Assembly (NCBI GenBank): GCA_963422645.2
Contig: CAXXVO010000007.1
Coordinates: 416,001-480,000, forward strand
Length of the DNA: 64,000 nucleotides
Direction: 5' to 3'
DNA from: Alphaproteobacteria bacterium
Lineage (GTDB): Bacteria > Pseudomonadota > Alphaproteobacteria > UBA828
Of the stretch, positions 1 through 10,209 are shown one piece after another (the stretch's first letter is position 1; each line of letters begins with the position of its first letter). Below the pieces are notes generated by a model. That model was given only the letters and a program-made list of their open reading frames with translations. It had not been told where the DNA came from and ran no database searches. Position numbers and translations under genes: made by a program.

Positions 1-581
1 ATGACCAGGCGCTGGCGCAGGCGCGAGGCGATGGGCTGCAAGTCGGGCTGGCGGAGCCTGTCGATCAGGCGGCTGTCGCCGGCGAAGACGACCGAGAGGA
101 TGGCGCGCGAGTCGAAGTCGGTGGACGCCAGCAGGCGGATCTCGGAGATCACCGAGGGCAGCAGCTCCTGGGCCTCGTCGATGAGCACCACGGGCCGCAT
201 GCGGGTGTCGTCGACATGGGTGAGCCATCGCTCGCGCAGGTTTTTGAAGCTGGCCCAGCGGTTGTTGTACATCAGGTCGACGCCGAACATCCCGCCGATC
301 TCGCGGTAGAAGTCGGACAGCCTGGAAGAGGGGTGGGTGATGGCACAGACCCTGAGCCCGTCCGAGCGGCCGAGGCGGTCGGCGAGCACGCGCAACGCCA
401 CGCTCTTTCCGGTGCCGGGCTCGCCGGCGATCAACGCGAAGCCGCCCTGGCGCACAAGATGATGCTCGATTCTGAGGCAGAAGCTGTCGACGGCGGGGCT
501 CACCATGAGGCTGTCGACCGGAAGGTCGGTGGCGAAGGGGTTCCATTTGAGCCCGTAGAAGGTGAGCAGCTCGCGGTTCAT
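1..581 (-). CDS. ExeA-like AAA+ ATPase, transposition helper (runs off window start)
   Basis: Not in the ORF track. Manual translation from ATG 581 gives MNRELLTFYGLKWNPF...GEPGTGKS (Walker A)...VLIDEAQ (Walker B). ATGA overlap with the stop of the upstream transposase. Confidence 0.85.
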   Translation of the reverse strand, partial: MNRELLTFYGLKWNPFATDLPVDSLMVSPAVDSFCLRIEHHLVRQGGFALIAGEPGTGKSVALRVLADRLGRSDGLRVCAITHPSSRLSDFYREIGGMFGVDLMYNNRWASFKNLRERWLTHVDDTRMRPVVLIDEAQELLPSVISEIRLLASTDFDSRAILSVVFAGDSRLIDRLRQPDLQPIASRLRQRLV

Positions 582-1699
582 GACGGATCTCCCTGATCGT
601 CGTCCTCGCCCGGACCGGGCGTCTTGTTATGGGGTACCCAGGCCGGCGGCAGGCCTGTTGCGGCCTGGGCGTCGAGCACGCCCTTGAGCAGCGGCGGAAG
701 TTCGCCGACGCCCGCGCTGGCGCCGCCATGGTCGCTGCCGGGTCTCGCAGGACGGCGGACGCCATCGGCGTTGCCGCGCTTGTCGAGGGGGTACAGCGTG
801 CACAGCCGCTCGCCGCTTCGGCCTTCCACCAGATCGACGCCGCTGAGGTCCCAGCGCGCATAGCGGACCCAGAGCGTCCTCAGGTGGCGCCACGGCTGTG
901 GCACCTGGTAGCGGATGCCCTCGACCGAGACGGTGCCGTCCGAGCGCCTGAGCGTGCGCTTCCTGGCGATGCGGAAGGCCGCCTTGAGCTCGTCCGAGGC
1001 GGGGCAGGGCCTCGATGCCTTGACGCTCCCGGCGAGGCGTTCATGCGGCGTCATGCCGAGCTCGCGGTGCACCCGCCGATGGTAGTCCTGCTCCAGCCAG
1101 GCTATGGTGGCGTCGTTGAGCATCTTCAGGGTGAGCGCGTCGACGCCTTCGAGCTGAGCCATCAGGCGGCCCTCGACCGTGCCCCAGAACGACTCGATTT
1201 TTCCATTTTGATGGGGGCTGTAAGCGAGTGTCGTGGCCCCCACGATGCCGATGAGGCGGTGCAAGCCCTCCTCGACCTCGCCCGCCGTCATCGGCCCGCC
1301 GTTGTCGGTCAGCAGGGACCTGGGCAAGTCCCTCTTCATGAAGGCCTGACAGAGCCCGTGGACGAAGACCTCGGCGGTCTCCTCCAGGTACCACTGCAGG
1401 TGGCAGCCAAGCCTGGAGTGGTCGTCGAGGAAGCCGAGCAGGATGGGCGTCTGCCATTCGCCCGACGCCGTCAGCACGCGGCGCTTGCCGTGGTGGAAGT
1501 CCCCGTGCCACAGCGCGTGACTGCGAGACACCTCGTAGCTAAGGACCTCGCGGGCTTCGACCGCCGGCTTGTCCTCACCCTCGTGCCACTTCCTGGGGCG
1601 CTCGCGCACCAGGCCGCGATTGCGCATCGCCCGCGTCAGCGTCGCGTAGGACGGCATCGGGCCGAGCTCGGGATGGGTCGCAACATGAGCCTTGAGTGT
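578..1699 (-). pseudogene. DDE (Mu/IS481-like, rve) transposase, 5'-truncated by an IS21 end
   Basis: Motifs WHGDFHH, LDDHSR, TDNG, NGKIES. The frame stays open upstream of Met 1657 (TLKAHVATHPELGPMPSY) up to the IS21 IRL at 1700. Confidence 0.8.
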
Positions 1700-1730
1700 T
1701 GTTAAGCGTGGAAAAGTGACCCCCTATTGG
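1700..1730 (+). repeat. Orphan IS21 left-end fragment (31 bp)
   Basis: TGTTAAGCGTGGAAAAGTGACCCCCTATTGG is the exact reverse complement of 11796-11826, the IRL of the IS21 element. Confidence 0.9.
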
Positions 1731-1882
1731 AGATGCCGTAATGGGGCTTGGCGCCGGCGTGCAGCGTCTCGGCCTGTCGCGATGACGGCGAATCGGTTGT
1801 CGTTGCCCTTACACGCGTAGCGTGTTCACGGGGTCTTGCCGCAAGGCGCGCCCCAATTCCTCTGGAGGAAAGGGCAACGACA

Positions 1883-2923
1883 ATGGACGTCTGTATCGGG
1901 CTGGATGTATCGCTGGCAAGCACGGCGGTTTGCGTTCTCGACGAGAAGGGCAAGATCGCGACCGAGGCGCAGGTCGCCAGCACGCCTGAAGCGCTGGTTG
2001 GGTTCCTGCACAAGCTGCCGCACGAGATCACCGCGATCGGTCTCGAGGCCGGTCCCTTGTCCCACTGGTTGCACAAGGGAATGACCGACGCCGGCTTCGA
2101 GGCCGTGTTGATGGAGACCCGGCAGGTAAAGGGTGCGCTGAAGGCCATGCCGATCAAGACCGATCGCCGGGACGCCGAGGGCATCGCACGGCTGTTGCTG
2201 ATGGGGTGGTTTCGGCCGGTGCACTGCAAGTCGGTGTCATCGCAAGAGATGCGAGCCCTCCTGACCTCGCGCAAGTCCGTGCTGGACGCGATCATCCGCC
2301 TGGAGGTCTCGCTGCGCGGCGTCCTGCGTAACTTTGGCCTGAAGCTGGGCCTGATCTCGAAGGGCCGCTATGAGGCCCGAGTGCGGGAGTTGGTCGCCGG
2401 CAACGCGATGCTGGAAGCGGCAGCCGAACCGATCCTGGGCGCGCGGGCGGCCCTGCGCCGCGAGTTCGCCGAGCTGGAGAAGCTGGTCCGCACTCTGGCA
2501 AGGCAAGACAGGGCATGCCGCCTGTTGATGACCATGCCGGGCGTGGGGCATGTCATAGCCCTGACCTTCAAGTCCGCGATCGACGACCCGGAGCGGTTCC
2601 GAAGATCGAAGGATGTCGGCCCCTGGGTAGGGCTGACGCCGGCGCGGGAGCAGTCCGGGGAGAGGGATATTGTCGGCCGGATCACCAAGGCCGGCGATGC
2701 CGGTCTGCGCGCGGCTCTTTACCAAGCCGCAACGGTGATGCTGAACCGCACAGGGCCGAACTGGCTGAAGGCTTGGGCGCTACGTTTGGCGAAGCACAGG
2801 GGCAAGAAGCGCGCGACCGTTGCCTTGGCCCGGCGCATCGGTGTTGTGCTTCACCGAATGTGGCGGGATGGAACCGAGTTCCGCTTTACGCGCGAGGAAG
2901 CGATGGCGCTTCGGACGGCATAG
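1883..2923 (+). CDS. IS110-family DEDD transposase/recombinase
   Basis: GLDVS, LEAG and KTDRRDA (DEDD RuvC-like); PGVG and QSG (catalytic Ser) in the C-terminal domain; purine-rich RBS before ATG 1883. Confidence 0.92.
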   Translation: MDVCIGLDVSLASTAVCVLDEKGKIATEAQVASTPEALVGFLHKLPHEITAIGLEAGPLSHWLHKGMTDAGFEAVLMETRQVKGALKAMPIKTDRRDAEGIARLLLMGWFRPVHCKSVSSQEMRALLTSRKSVLDAIIRLEVSLRGVLRNFGLKLGLISKGRYEARVRELVAGNAMLEAAAEPILGARAALRREFAELEKLVRTLARQDRACRLLMTMPGVGHVIALTFKSAIDDPERFRRSKDVGPWVGLTPAREQSGERDIVGRITKAGDAGLRAALYQAATVMLNRTGPNWLKAWALRLAKHRGKKRATVALARRIGVVLHRMWRDGTEFRFTREEAMALRTA

Positions 2924-3210
2924 GCGCGGCTGCATCCCATCGGCAGTCAGCGAGGAGAGGAGGAAAGAGCCGCGCCTGAAGGTGGGCGAGCCACCAACGT
3001 CCCCTCGCCGGGACGCGGTCCCCGATGATGCACGTGGGCCCACTTGTTTGCCGAACCGGCCTGTCGTGTTCGAGCACGCTGTGGAGATAGGCACTCGGGA
3101 ACCGATTTGGACTGGGCATGATGTTGGCAGCCGATGCGCTGACCACGGACAGAAGCGAGAACCCGGCGAAGGACACAAGACGTTGAGCAAGCGCGAGATC
3201 GATACGGTCG
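2924..3210 (+). ncRNA. Putative bridge RNA/seekRNA region of the IS1111-like element
   Basis: Long non-coding stretch between tnp stop and right IR with GC-rich hairpins (e.g. GTCCC-CTCGCC-GGGAC). IS1111 elements encode their guide RNA at this position. Inferred from position only. Confidence 0.5.
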
Positions 3211-3357
3211 GCCCCATTGCACCTGACACCGGCAACCTCCTCCGCGCCTCACCCGGCGCCTCATAGCCAGGCCGAAGGAGCCCCTACACCACGCCAGGAA
3301 AACAACTGATTGGCGCGACAATGATCTATTGAAAATCGAGCTTGACGGGAAACGCCA

Positions 3358-3640
3358 ATCGACGGCTACCTCTCGGCCGACAAGGACGGCGATTGGCGCA
3401 CCATGACCGAGGCCGCGAAGGAGCTCGGGGTGACCAATCATGTGATCCGCCGTCTCAATCAAGGACGGCGAGTTGCCGGCCGAGCAACTCGTTCCTCGTG
3501 CGCCGTACCAGATCAAGGTTGTGGATCTGCATTCCGAGAAGGTCGCCAACGCCCTGGCCCGAAGCAAAGGCCCGTGTCGGGTCTCATGTCCAGACCAGAT
3601 GTCAATGTTTTCAGGAAGTTGACAAAGAGGTGCATAATGA
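3358..3640 (+). pseudogene. C-terminal remnant of a large serine recombinase-type element
   Basis: Frameshifted IDGYLSADKDGDWRTMTEAAKELGVTNHVIRRL/KDGELPAEQLVPRAPYQI (HTH-like tail) followed by GAGGTGCATAATGA, exactly where the IS66 tnp is cut. Confidence 0.5.
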
Positions 3641-5947
3641 CCCCATCGTCACCGCCCCTCGGAGTTCGCGCTCCGCGACATTGTTGTCCATGGGGACCCG
3701 GGGATTGTCGACGAAGACGCTCAGTCCCTCGCGATGCTTGAGCAGCGATCGCAGCGGCTTGGTCCTGCGCGCCTTGTCCGTCAGCCCGGCCAGTTCCGCT
3801 TCGGCCTGCGCGAACAGCTCGTCGACCGCCTTCTTCAACTCGTCCTGCGCCGCGCCGAACGCTGGCGTCTGGCGTTCGAGAGCGGGGTCGTAATGCTTCA
3901 ACCGCTCCTTGTTCAGCCGGCAGACCGACGCGAACCGCTCGATCCATCCCTCGCACCATTGCCTCAGCTTCGGCTGGCCGGCCGCGCACTCGATGAAGTC
4001 GCGCCTCTGGTGGATCCAGCACCAGCACAGAATCACCTTGCCGTCGAGTTCGCGCGCCATCTTGGTGTAGGCGCCGTAGCGGTCGCAGACCACGAACACG
4101 GTGCAGGCGGTGTCGCCGAACAGCGTCTTCGCGACCTCGGCGCTGCGCGACGGGTCGATGTGGAAGTAGGCCGCGTCGCTGCTGACCGACGTCCACAGCC
4201 AGGCGCGGCTCGACCGGCCGCTGTCGCAGAACTCCTGCACCCGCCAGCCAGTCTCGTCGGCATGGCGCACCATCGTCCGGTTCTGGTGCGCGAGGATCGC
4301 CTTGGCGAGCGGCTCGAACAGCGGCACGAAGCGCTTCAGGCTGTTGGCCAGCGTACCCGGCGCGACCGGCAGGCCCTGGTCGGCATACCACGCCGCGACC
4401 CGGCTCAACGGGCGCAGGCAAGCACAGTGCTCGAACAGGAAGCGCGCCCAGAAGCTGGTGCCGTAGAGCGTTCCGTGGAACAGACGCGGCGTCGGCGGCG
4501 CCGTCACCTCCAGGGGCGAGGAGGCGCACTCGCAACCCCGGCGCCAGCGCGTCCGCTCGATCCTGCGGATATGGGCCTCGACCGCGACCTCGATGAGGGT
4601 CGTCGCATGCTCGCCGTTGGCGACATAGGACTTGCCGCAACAGGAACAGATGCGCGCATCCTTCGGCGGGTTGCGCCGTTCCGTCTTCTCTCCGAGCCCG
4701 GGCCGCTGAGTGCGGCCGTGGCCCGGCGCGCCGGGCTGCTGGCCGCGTTTGCGCCCCGTGTCCGCCTTCTTCCGCTTCTCGCTCCTGCTGCCGAACAGCG
4801 CCTTCGACAGGACCCTCCGGGTCGAACGCAGCTTCTCGACCTGGGCTTCCAGCGTCTCGACGCGCGATGCCAGCACCGCCCTCTCGGCCTTCAACGCCCG
4901 CGTCTCGGCCCGCAGTTCGGCGTTGCGCCGACGCAGCGATTCGATGATGTCCCTGGCCCGCACGATCGCCCTGCGAAGCTGGGCAAGCCGCTTGTGCAGC
5001 GGCCCGATGATGGCCTCCCGGACCTCCCAGCTCCGAGCACGGAACGAGCGCTCCCGGGCGATATCCCCGTTCAGCCGGTCTATCTCGTCGCGATGCCGGT
5101 TCTTGAGCTGCTCCTCGCGCTCGTGGGAGTTGCGCAGCGCCCAGCGCAGATCGGCGTTCTCGGTCTCGAGCCATTTGCACCGGCTCTCCGAGGCCCTCGT
5201 CGTCTTGTGCAGGGCGGCATTCTCCACGCGCAGCGCCTCGATCGCGTCCGCCAGGGCCGTCGACGCCGACGCTTCCTCGCCCAGCCCCGCGACCTCCACG
5301 CCGAGCTGCGCAATCTTCTTGTTCAGCCGCGCCGTTCCCTTGTGCGCCTCGCGCAGCTCCGTGCGCAGCGCCTCGATCGTGTCCTTCTGCCGGTCCGTGC
5401 GCTCCAGGGCTTTGCGCAACTTGGCGCTTTCCCTCGACAGAGACGCCTGAACCGCCCGTTCCGACTTCCGCAGCGCCGAGATCTCCCCGCGAAACGACGC
5501 GATCTCGTCTTTCTGTTCCCCCGCTCGCTCCAGCGCCCTGTGCAGCCGAGCGTTCTCCCTCCGCAGCCGCCCGGTCGCACCTTTTCTCGAATCGACGCCG
5601 GCTTCCGCAAGCAGCTTCTCCAGTCGCGCCACTTCCGCCTGATGGAAAAGCGCGTCCTTCGCCGCACGGCAAACCTCCGCCGTCTCCTCGACGGCCGCCT
5701 TCAGCTTGGTCCGGCTCCTGTCGAGTTGCCACTTCAGCGAGCCCGCCCGGGAGCGGGCATCCCTCTCCGCCTGGAGCAGCTCCTCGACACGCGCTTCCGC
5801 CGCCTCCGCCCGTGCACGCGCCTGTTCGCACAGAGACTGCCAGTCGCATGGCCCGCGTGGCAGCGCCGCCATCGGCGGCGACCAAAGTCCGTCCTCCGCC
5901 TCGACAGGCGTCAGCACCGCCCCAAAGTCTTCGTCGCGCACCGCCAT
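3641..5947 (-). pseudogene. IS66-family transposase with very long N-terminal coiled coil, 3'-truncated
   Basis: LFGSRSEK, GQQPGAPGHGR, Cys zinc-finger segments, HADETGW, CDRY, CWIHQRRDF, DNNVAERELR. Homology stops at 3641, before the usual C-terminus. Possible IRL GTAACG at 5981. Confidence 0.85.
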
Positions 5948-6148
5948 GGGGACGACGATATCCGATGGCCAGCGGCGTTACCAGAGGTTTATCCAATATG
6001 TTCAAGATGACGGCAGCACCCATATGAAGCGCGCCGAGCCGAGAAAGGACGTCTGGCTGAGGCCGCTGAGACGAGACTGGAAGCGAACACTCAATCGGTG
6101 AAATCTCCACCCATCACCAGACAACGGAAGAATTACGGGGAGACCGCC

Positions 6149-7321
6149 ATGGCCACCCACTTCAAGATCACCAAACGCGCCGTCGACCATCTTCAGGGCG
6201 ATGGCACCGAGAAGTTCTACTGGGACGACGACCTCCCCGGCTTCGGCGTTCGCATCCGAGCCTCGGGGCGCAAGTACTACGTCGCGCAGTTCCGCGCCGA
6301 TGGCCGAATGAGGCGCATCACCCTGGGCCGTCACGGCGCGGTGCCGACCGAGACGGCGCGGCGACGGGCCATGGCGGCGATCTCCGAAGCCAAGGGCGGC
6401 GGCGACCCGGCGGCCGCCCGGGACGCGCGCCGCAAGGCCCCGACCATGAAGCAGCTCGGCAAGCGGTTCCTCGAGGACTATGTGCCGGACCACTGCAAGC
6501 CCAGCACCGCCTACGAGTACGGACGCTCGGTAAAGCTCTTCATCGAGCCCCGGATTGGCAAGCGCAAGGTGAGGGACATCAAGCGCAGCGACATCGCGGA
6601 ACTGCACCACGCCTTGCGGGAGACGCCCTACCAGGCCAACCGGACGCTGGGGGTGCTTTCCAAGATGTTCTCCATGGCGGAGGTTTGGGGCTGGCGTCCG
6701 GACGGCTCCAACCCGTGCCTGCACATCAAGCGCTACAAGGAGGAGAAGCGGGAGCGGTTTCTGAACGCAGAGGAGTTCGCGCGGCTCGGGAAGGTGCTCG
6801 ACGAGATCTTGCGGGACGGCTCAGAGACCCGCTCCGCGGTGGTAGCGATCCGCTTGCTGATGCTGACCGGGTGCCGGCTATCGGAGATCCAGAAGCTGCG
6901 ATGGGAGCATGTCGACCTGGAGGCGGGCGAGCTGCGGCTACCGGATACCAAGACTGGCGGGCGGGCGGTGCCGCTGGCGCCTTCGGCGGTGCGACTGCTG
7001 GAGGGCCTAACCCGTGACGAGGACAACCCGTGGGTGATCGCCGGCCGTAAGCCGGGCAGCCATCTGACCGACCTTCAGCACCCCTGGCGCCGCATCCGAG
7101 CGCGGGCCGAGCTCGACGATGTGCGGATCCACGATCTTCGACACAGCTTTGCCTCGCGTGCGCTGGCGCTCGGCGAGGGTTTGCCGATGATCGGGAAGCT
7201 GCTGGGGCACACGCAGGTTCAGACGACAGCCCGCTACGCCCACCTCGCCCGCGACACCGTCAAGGCCTCCGCCGCCCGCATCGGCGACAGCATCGACGGC
7301 GATCTTGCGACAGCGGAATAG
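6149..7321 (+). CDS. Tyrosine integrase (arm-binding domain type)
   Basis: WDDDLPGFGVR N-terminal arm domain; catalytic TGCRLSE, DTKTG, HDLRHSFAS, LLGH, TTARY; GGGGAG RBS. Confidence 0.93.
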   Translation: MATHFKITKRAVDHLQGDGTEKFYWDDDLPGFGVRIRASGRKYYVAQFRADGRMRRITLGRHGAVPTETARRRAMAAISEAKGGGDPAAARDARRKAPTMKQLGKRFLEDYVPDHCKPSTAYEYGRSVKLFIEPRIGKRKVRDIKRSDIAELHHALRETPYQANRTLGVLSKMFSMAEVWGWRPDGSNPCLHIKRYKEEKRERFLNAEEFARLGKVLDEILRDGSETRSAVVAIRLLMLTGCRLSEIQKLRWEHVDLEAGELRLPDTKTGGRAVPLAPSAVRLLEGLTRDEDNPWVIAGRKPGSHLTDLQHPWRRIRARAELDDVRIHDLRHSFASRALALGEGLPMIGKLLGHTQVQTTARYAHLARDTVKASAARIGDSIDGDLATAE

Positions 7322-7492
7322 TGGGCGGACTCCCTAGGTGACGTATCGCGTGGCCGCGCGGGCCCTGACCTTCCAACGTGCATCTAAGGCGTTCTGCGGT
7401 CGACAGTAGCTCTGGTTGTCTTGGTCGAACCTTGAGGCTGTACCTGGTGACCGGCATCATATCCTCACAAAGTTCTATACCTCATTCGGGAT

Positions 7493-8545
7493 GTGATGTA
7501 TGTTCCCTTATTGATGATTATCCTCTCGGTGATTGACGTGACAAGGAGCAACACAACCCACCGTTCCGAGGCCGCAGTCGCGGCCGTGCTCCCTCCTTCG
7601 GTCCAGATTCGGCGCCGCCGCGAGGACGGTCATATGATCGACCTCGAACTTAACGGAGAGCCTATCACGGTCGAATGGCTGGGCGAGGGCGGATTGCGTC
7701 AGGCGCGCGAGTTACTCGCCGGCCGCAAGGAACGCCCGGACGTCGCGGCAGCTCGCCACATGTCTCCAGGCGCACGCGAGGCACTCTCGGCCGCGGGGGT
7801 CGGCTGGGTGGACGAGACCGGTGCGGCGGAGATTGTGCTGGAGTCCCTGATCATTTCCAGGAGTGGGCACCCCATCAAGGTGCCGCCGAAACCGCTTCGC
7901 TGGTCGCCCTCCGTCCTGGCTGTCTCCGAGGCGTTGCTCTGCGGCAGCCGGGCCACCGTCGGCGCCATGCAGGAGACCACGCGGCTTTCTGCCGGAAGCG
8001 CCACGAACGCCCTTAGAACTCTCACCGATCTCGGGCTCATAAGCGCCGCAACGCGTCGTGGGCGCAACTCCGCGCGCCGAATTCCCGATCAGAACCGACT
8101 GCTGGACGCGTACGCGACTGCGGCTGCCTCGATGATGCCAGAGACCGCTCTTACGGTCGGTGTGACGTGGCGCGACCCGGCGACGGCTCTGGCGGAAACC
8201 GGTCAGCGATGGAACAACACAGGTATCTCGTGGGCGGCCACGGGCACGGTGGCAGCATCGGTGTTCGCTCCCTATCTCACCACGGTTACGACCGGCGAGG
8301 TCTACGTCGACAGGAAGACGATTGCAGGGCTTGAGGAGGTGGCCGCGAAGGCGGACCTGCGACCGATTGAAGGTGGGCGCCTCACCCTTCGTCCATTCCC
8401 CACGGTTACAACGCGGTTGCTTGCCGAGGTGAAGAACGGCCTCAGCCTCGCACCGTGGCCTCGCGTATACGCCGACCTGCGTGTCGTCGGCGTGCGAGGC
8501 GAGGAAGCCGCCGAACATCTCCGGGACGTGATCCGTGGCCGATGA
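7493..8545 (+). CDS. Type IV TA antitoxin, AbiEi-like (wHTH plus C-terminal domain)
   Basis: Central wHTH, LLDAY, WAATG, C-terminal PRVYADL...RGEEAAEHL; overlaps the downstream nucleotidyltransferase. The true start may be GTG 7538. Confidence 0.65.
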   Translation: MMYVPLLMIILSVIDVTRSNTTHRSEAAVAAVLPPSVQIRRRREDGHMIDLELNGEPITVEWLGEGGLRQARELLAGRKERPDVAAARHMSPGAREALSAAGVGWVDETGAAEIVLESLIISRSGHPIKVPPKPLRWSPSVLAVSEALLCGSRATVGAMQETTRLSAGSATNALRTLTDLGLISAATRRGRNSARRIPDQNRLLDAYATAAASMMPETALTVGVTWRDPATALAETGQRWNNTGISWAATGTVAASVFAPYLTTVTTGEVYVDRKTIAGLEEVAAKADLRPIEGGRLTLRPFPTVTTRLLAEVKNGLSLAPWPRVYADLRVVGVRGEEAAEHLRDVIRGR

Positions 8546-9278
8546 TCCGCCTCCCCGCTCCCGTGCCGCACGTGAAGCGGCTGAGAGGGCGCTTGTACGC
8601 ATCATCCACCACTACGGGGCGCGACCGGAGTTCGTCGTGATCGGGGGGCTGGTGCCGGAATTACTCTGTGCCGGCAGCGAATTTCAACACGCCGGGACCA
8701 CTGACGTGGACGTGCAAGTCGATCTTGAGATCGCCTATGGCGCCGTGAATACCGCACGACTGGAGCAAGCGCTTCGCAATGCGGAGTTCGTCCCCCAGGA
8801 TGGCCGGATCTGGTGTTGGGTGGCCGACGGGGCTGCCGTGCGGACGGTTGTGAAGTTCGAGCTCTTGGCAGATCTACACGACAAACCGACGTCAGCGACA
8901 ATCAGATTCGACGAGTGCGAGAACCTCGGCGCGATCAATCTACGTGGTACGGGCTTCGCATCCCGCGACACCGAAGTGCGCGACCTTACCGCCCGGATCG
9001 GAGGCGTCACCTACAACACCCAAGTGAAGGTAGCGGGCTTGGCTGGGTTTCTGCTCGCCAAGGCAGCAGCCGCATACTCAAGGCGGGCGCCCAAAGACTG
9101 GTACGACGTGGCGTTCGTGCTCCTGCATAATGACGCCGGGGGACCGACAGTCGCAGCCACGCTGGTGCGGGAGCGGTTCGGTGACGACCTCCGCGCCGTC
9201 CACACGGCTCTCGAAGATTTGCGAGCCAATTTTGACAGTCCGGCTGCCCAGGGTTCCCGAGCCTATTCTGCACAAATG
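8535..9278 (+). pseudogene. AbiEii-like nucleotidyltransferase toxin, C-terminus cut by IS21
   Basis: VVIGGL, GTTDVD, AK...R..KDWYD nucleotidyltransferase motifs. The ORF runs into the IS21 IRR at 9279. Confidence 0.7.
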
Positions 9279-9480
9279 TGTCAATCGGCTTTCAATACTG
9301 ACCCCCGATCGGCGTGCAAAATTGACCCCCCTGAGTGGCACGGCGGAGGTTGTCCCGGTAGCCAATAGGGGGGACCCGCGCGGCTTCGTGTGGCGCCCTG
9401 CGCTACGCGGAGCGAAGCCGCGTGGGGGGTCCCTGTTGGCCCACCGGGGCAACCGGGCCGCAAGGGAGGCCGGCGGCGGG

Positions 9481-10209
9481 TCAGGAGCGGTTCTTGAAGC
9501 GCCAGCTCTCGTTGCCGGTCTCGATGATCTCGCAATGATGGGTGAGGCGATCGAGCAGCGCTGTGGTCATCTTGGGGTCGCCGAAGACGGATGGCCATTC
9601 GCCGAAGGCGAGGTTTGTGGTGATGACGATCGAGGTGCGCTCGTAGAGCCGGCTCATCAGATGGAAGAGCAGCTGCCCACCGGCCTGGGCGAAGGGCAGG
9701 TAGCCGAGCTCGTCGAGGATGACGAAGTCGCGGCGGACGAGCTGGTCTGCAGTGCGGCCCTGGCGTCCGGCGCGAAGCTCGGCCTCGAGGAGGTTGACCA
9801 GGTCGACGACGTTGTAGCACCGGCCGCGCGCGCCCTTGCGGATGCAGGACCGCGCGATGGCGACGGCGAGATGGGTCTTGCCGGTACCGGTGCCGCCGAC
9901 CAGCACGATGTTGCGTTTGCCCTCGAGGAAGCCGCCGCCGGCGAGCTCCTGGATCAGGGGCTCGTTGACCGGCGAGGCGGCGAAGTCGAAGTCGGCCAGC
10001 TCCTTGACCGTCGGCAGCTTGGCGGAGGCCATCTGGTACTTGATCGAGCGGGCCCTCTTGTCGGCGATCTCGACCTGCAGCAGCGTACCGATGATCTGTT
10101 GCACCGGATGGCGGCGCTTGAGCCCGTCGGCAAGGATGTCGTCGTAAGCGGCGCGCATACCTGCGAGCTTCAGCTGGGTCATCATCTCCAGCACATCATG
10201 ACGCTCCAT
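9481..10209 (-). CDS. istB: IS21 helper ATPase IstB
   Basis: [32 protein letters not shown]. Confidence 0.96.
   Translation of the reverse strand: MERHDVLEMMTQLKLAGMRAAYDDILADGLKRRHPVQQIIGTLLQVEIADKRARSIKYQMASAKLPTVKELADFDFAASPVNEPLIQELAGGGFLEGKRNIVLVGGTGTGKTHLAVAIARSCIRKGARGRCYNVVDLVNLLEAELRAGRQGRTADQLVRRDFVILDELGYLPFAQAGGQLLFHLMSRLYERTSIVITTNLAFGEWPSVFGDPKMTTALLDRLTHHCEIIETGNESWRFKNRS

Larger units (their letters stand above)
1731..3223 (+). mobile_element. IS110-family (IS1111-like) element
   Basis: Sub-terminal inverted repeats GTAATGGGGC (1738-1747) and GCCCCATTGC (3211-3220), a DEDD transposase, and about 290 bp of non-coding DNA downstream of tnp. Right end approximate. Confidence 0.75.

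Noticed and set aside
3513-6110. Long alternative-frame ORFs (865 aa, 758 aa) and similar ones such as 16648-18546, 48058-50613, 44480-46159
   Set aside because: Shadow ORFs of high-GC genes: they overlap motif-bearing CDSs and are Arg/Gly/Ala-rich without motifs.
5982-6148. att site or tRNA remnant next to the integrase
   Set aside because: No tRNA 3' end and no matching direct repeat found in the window.
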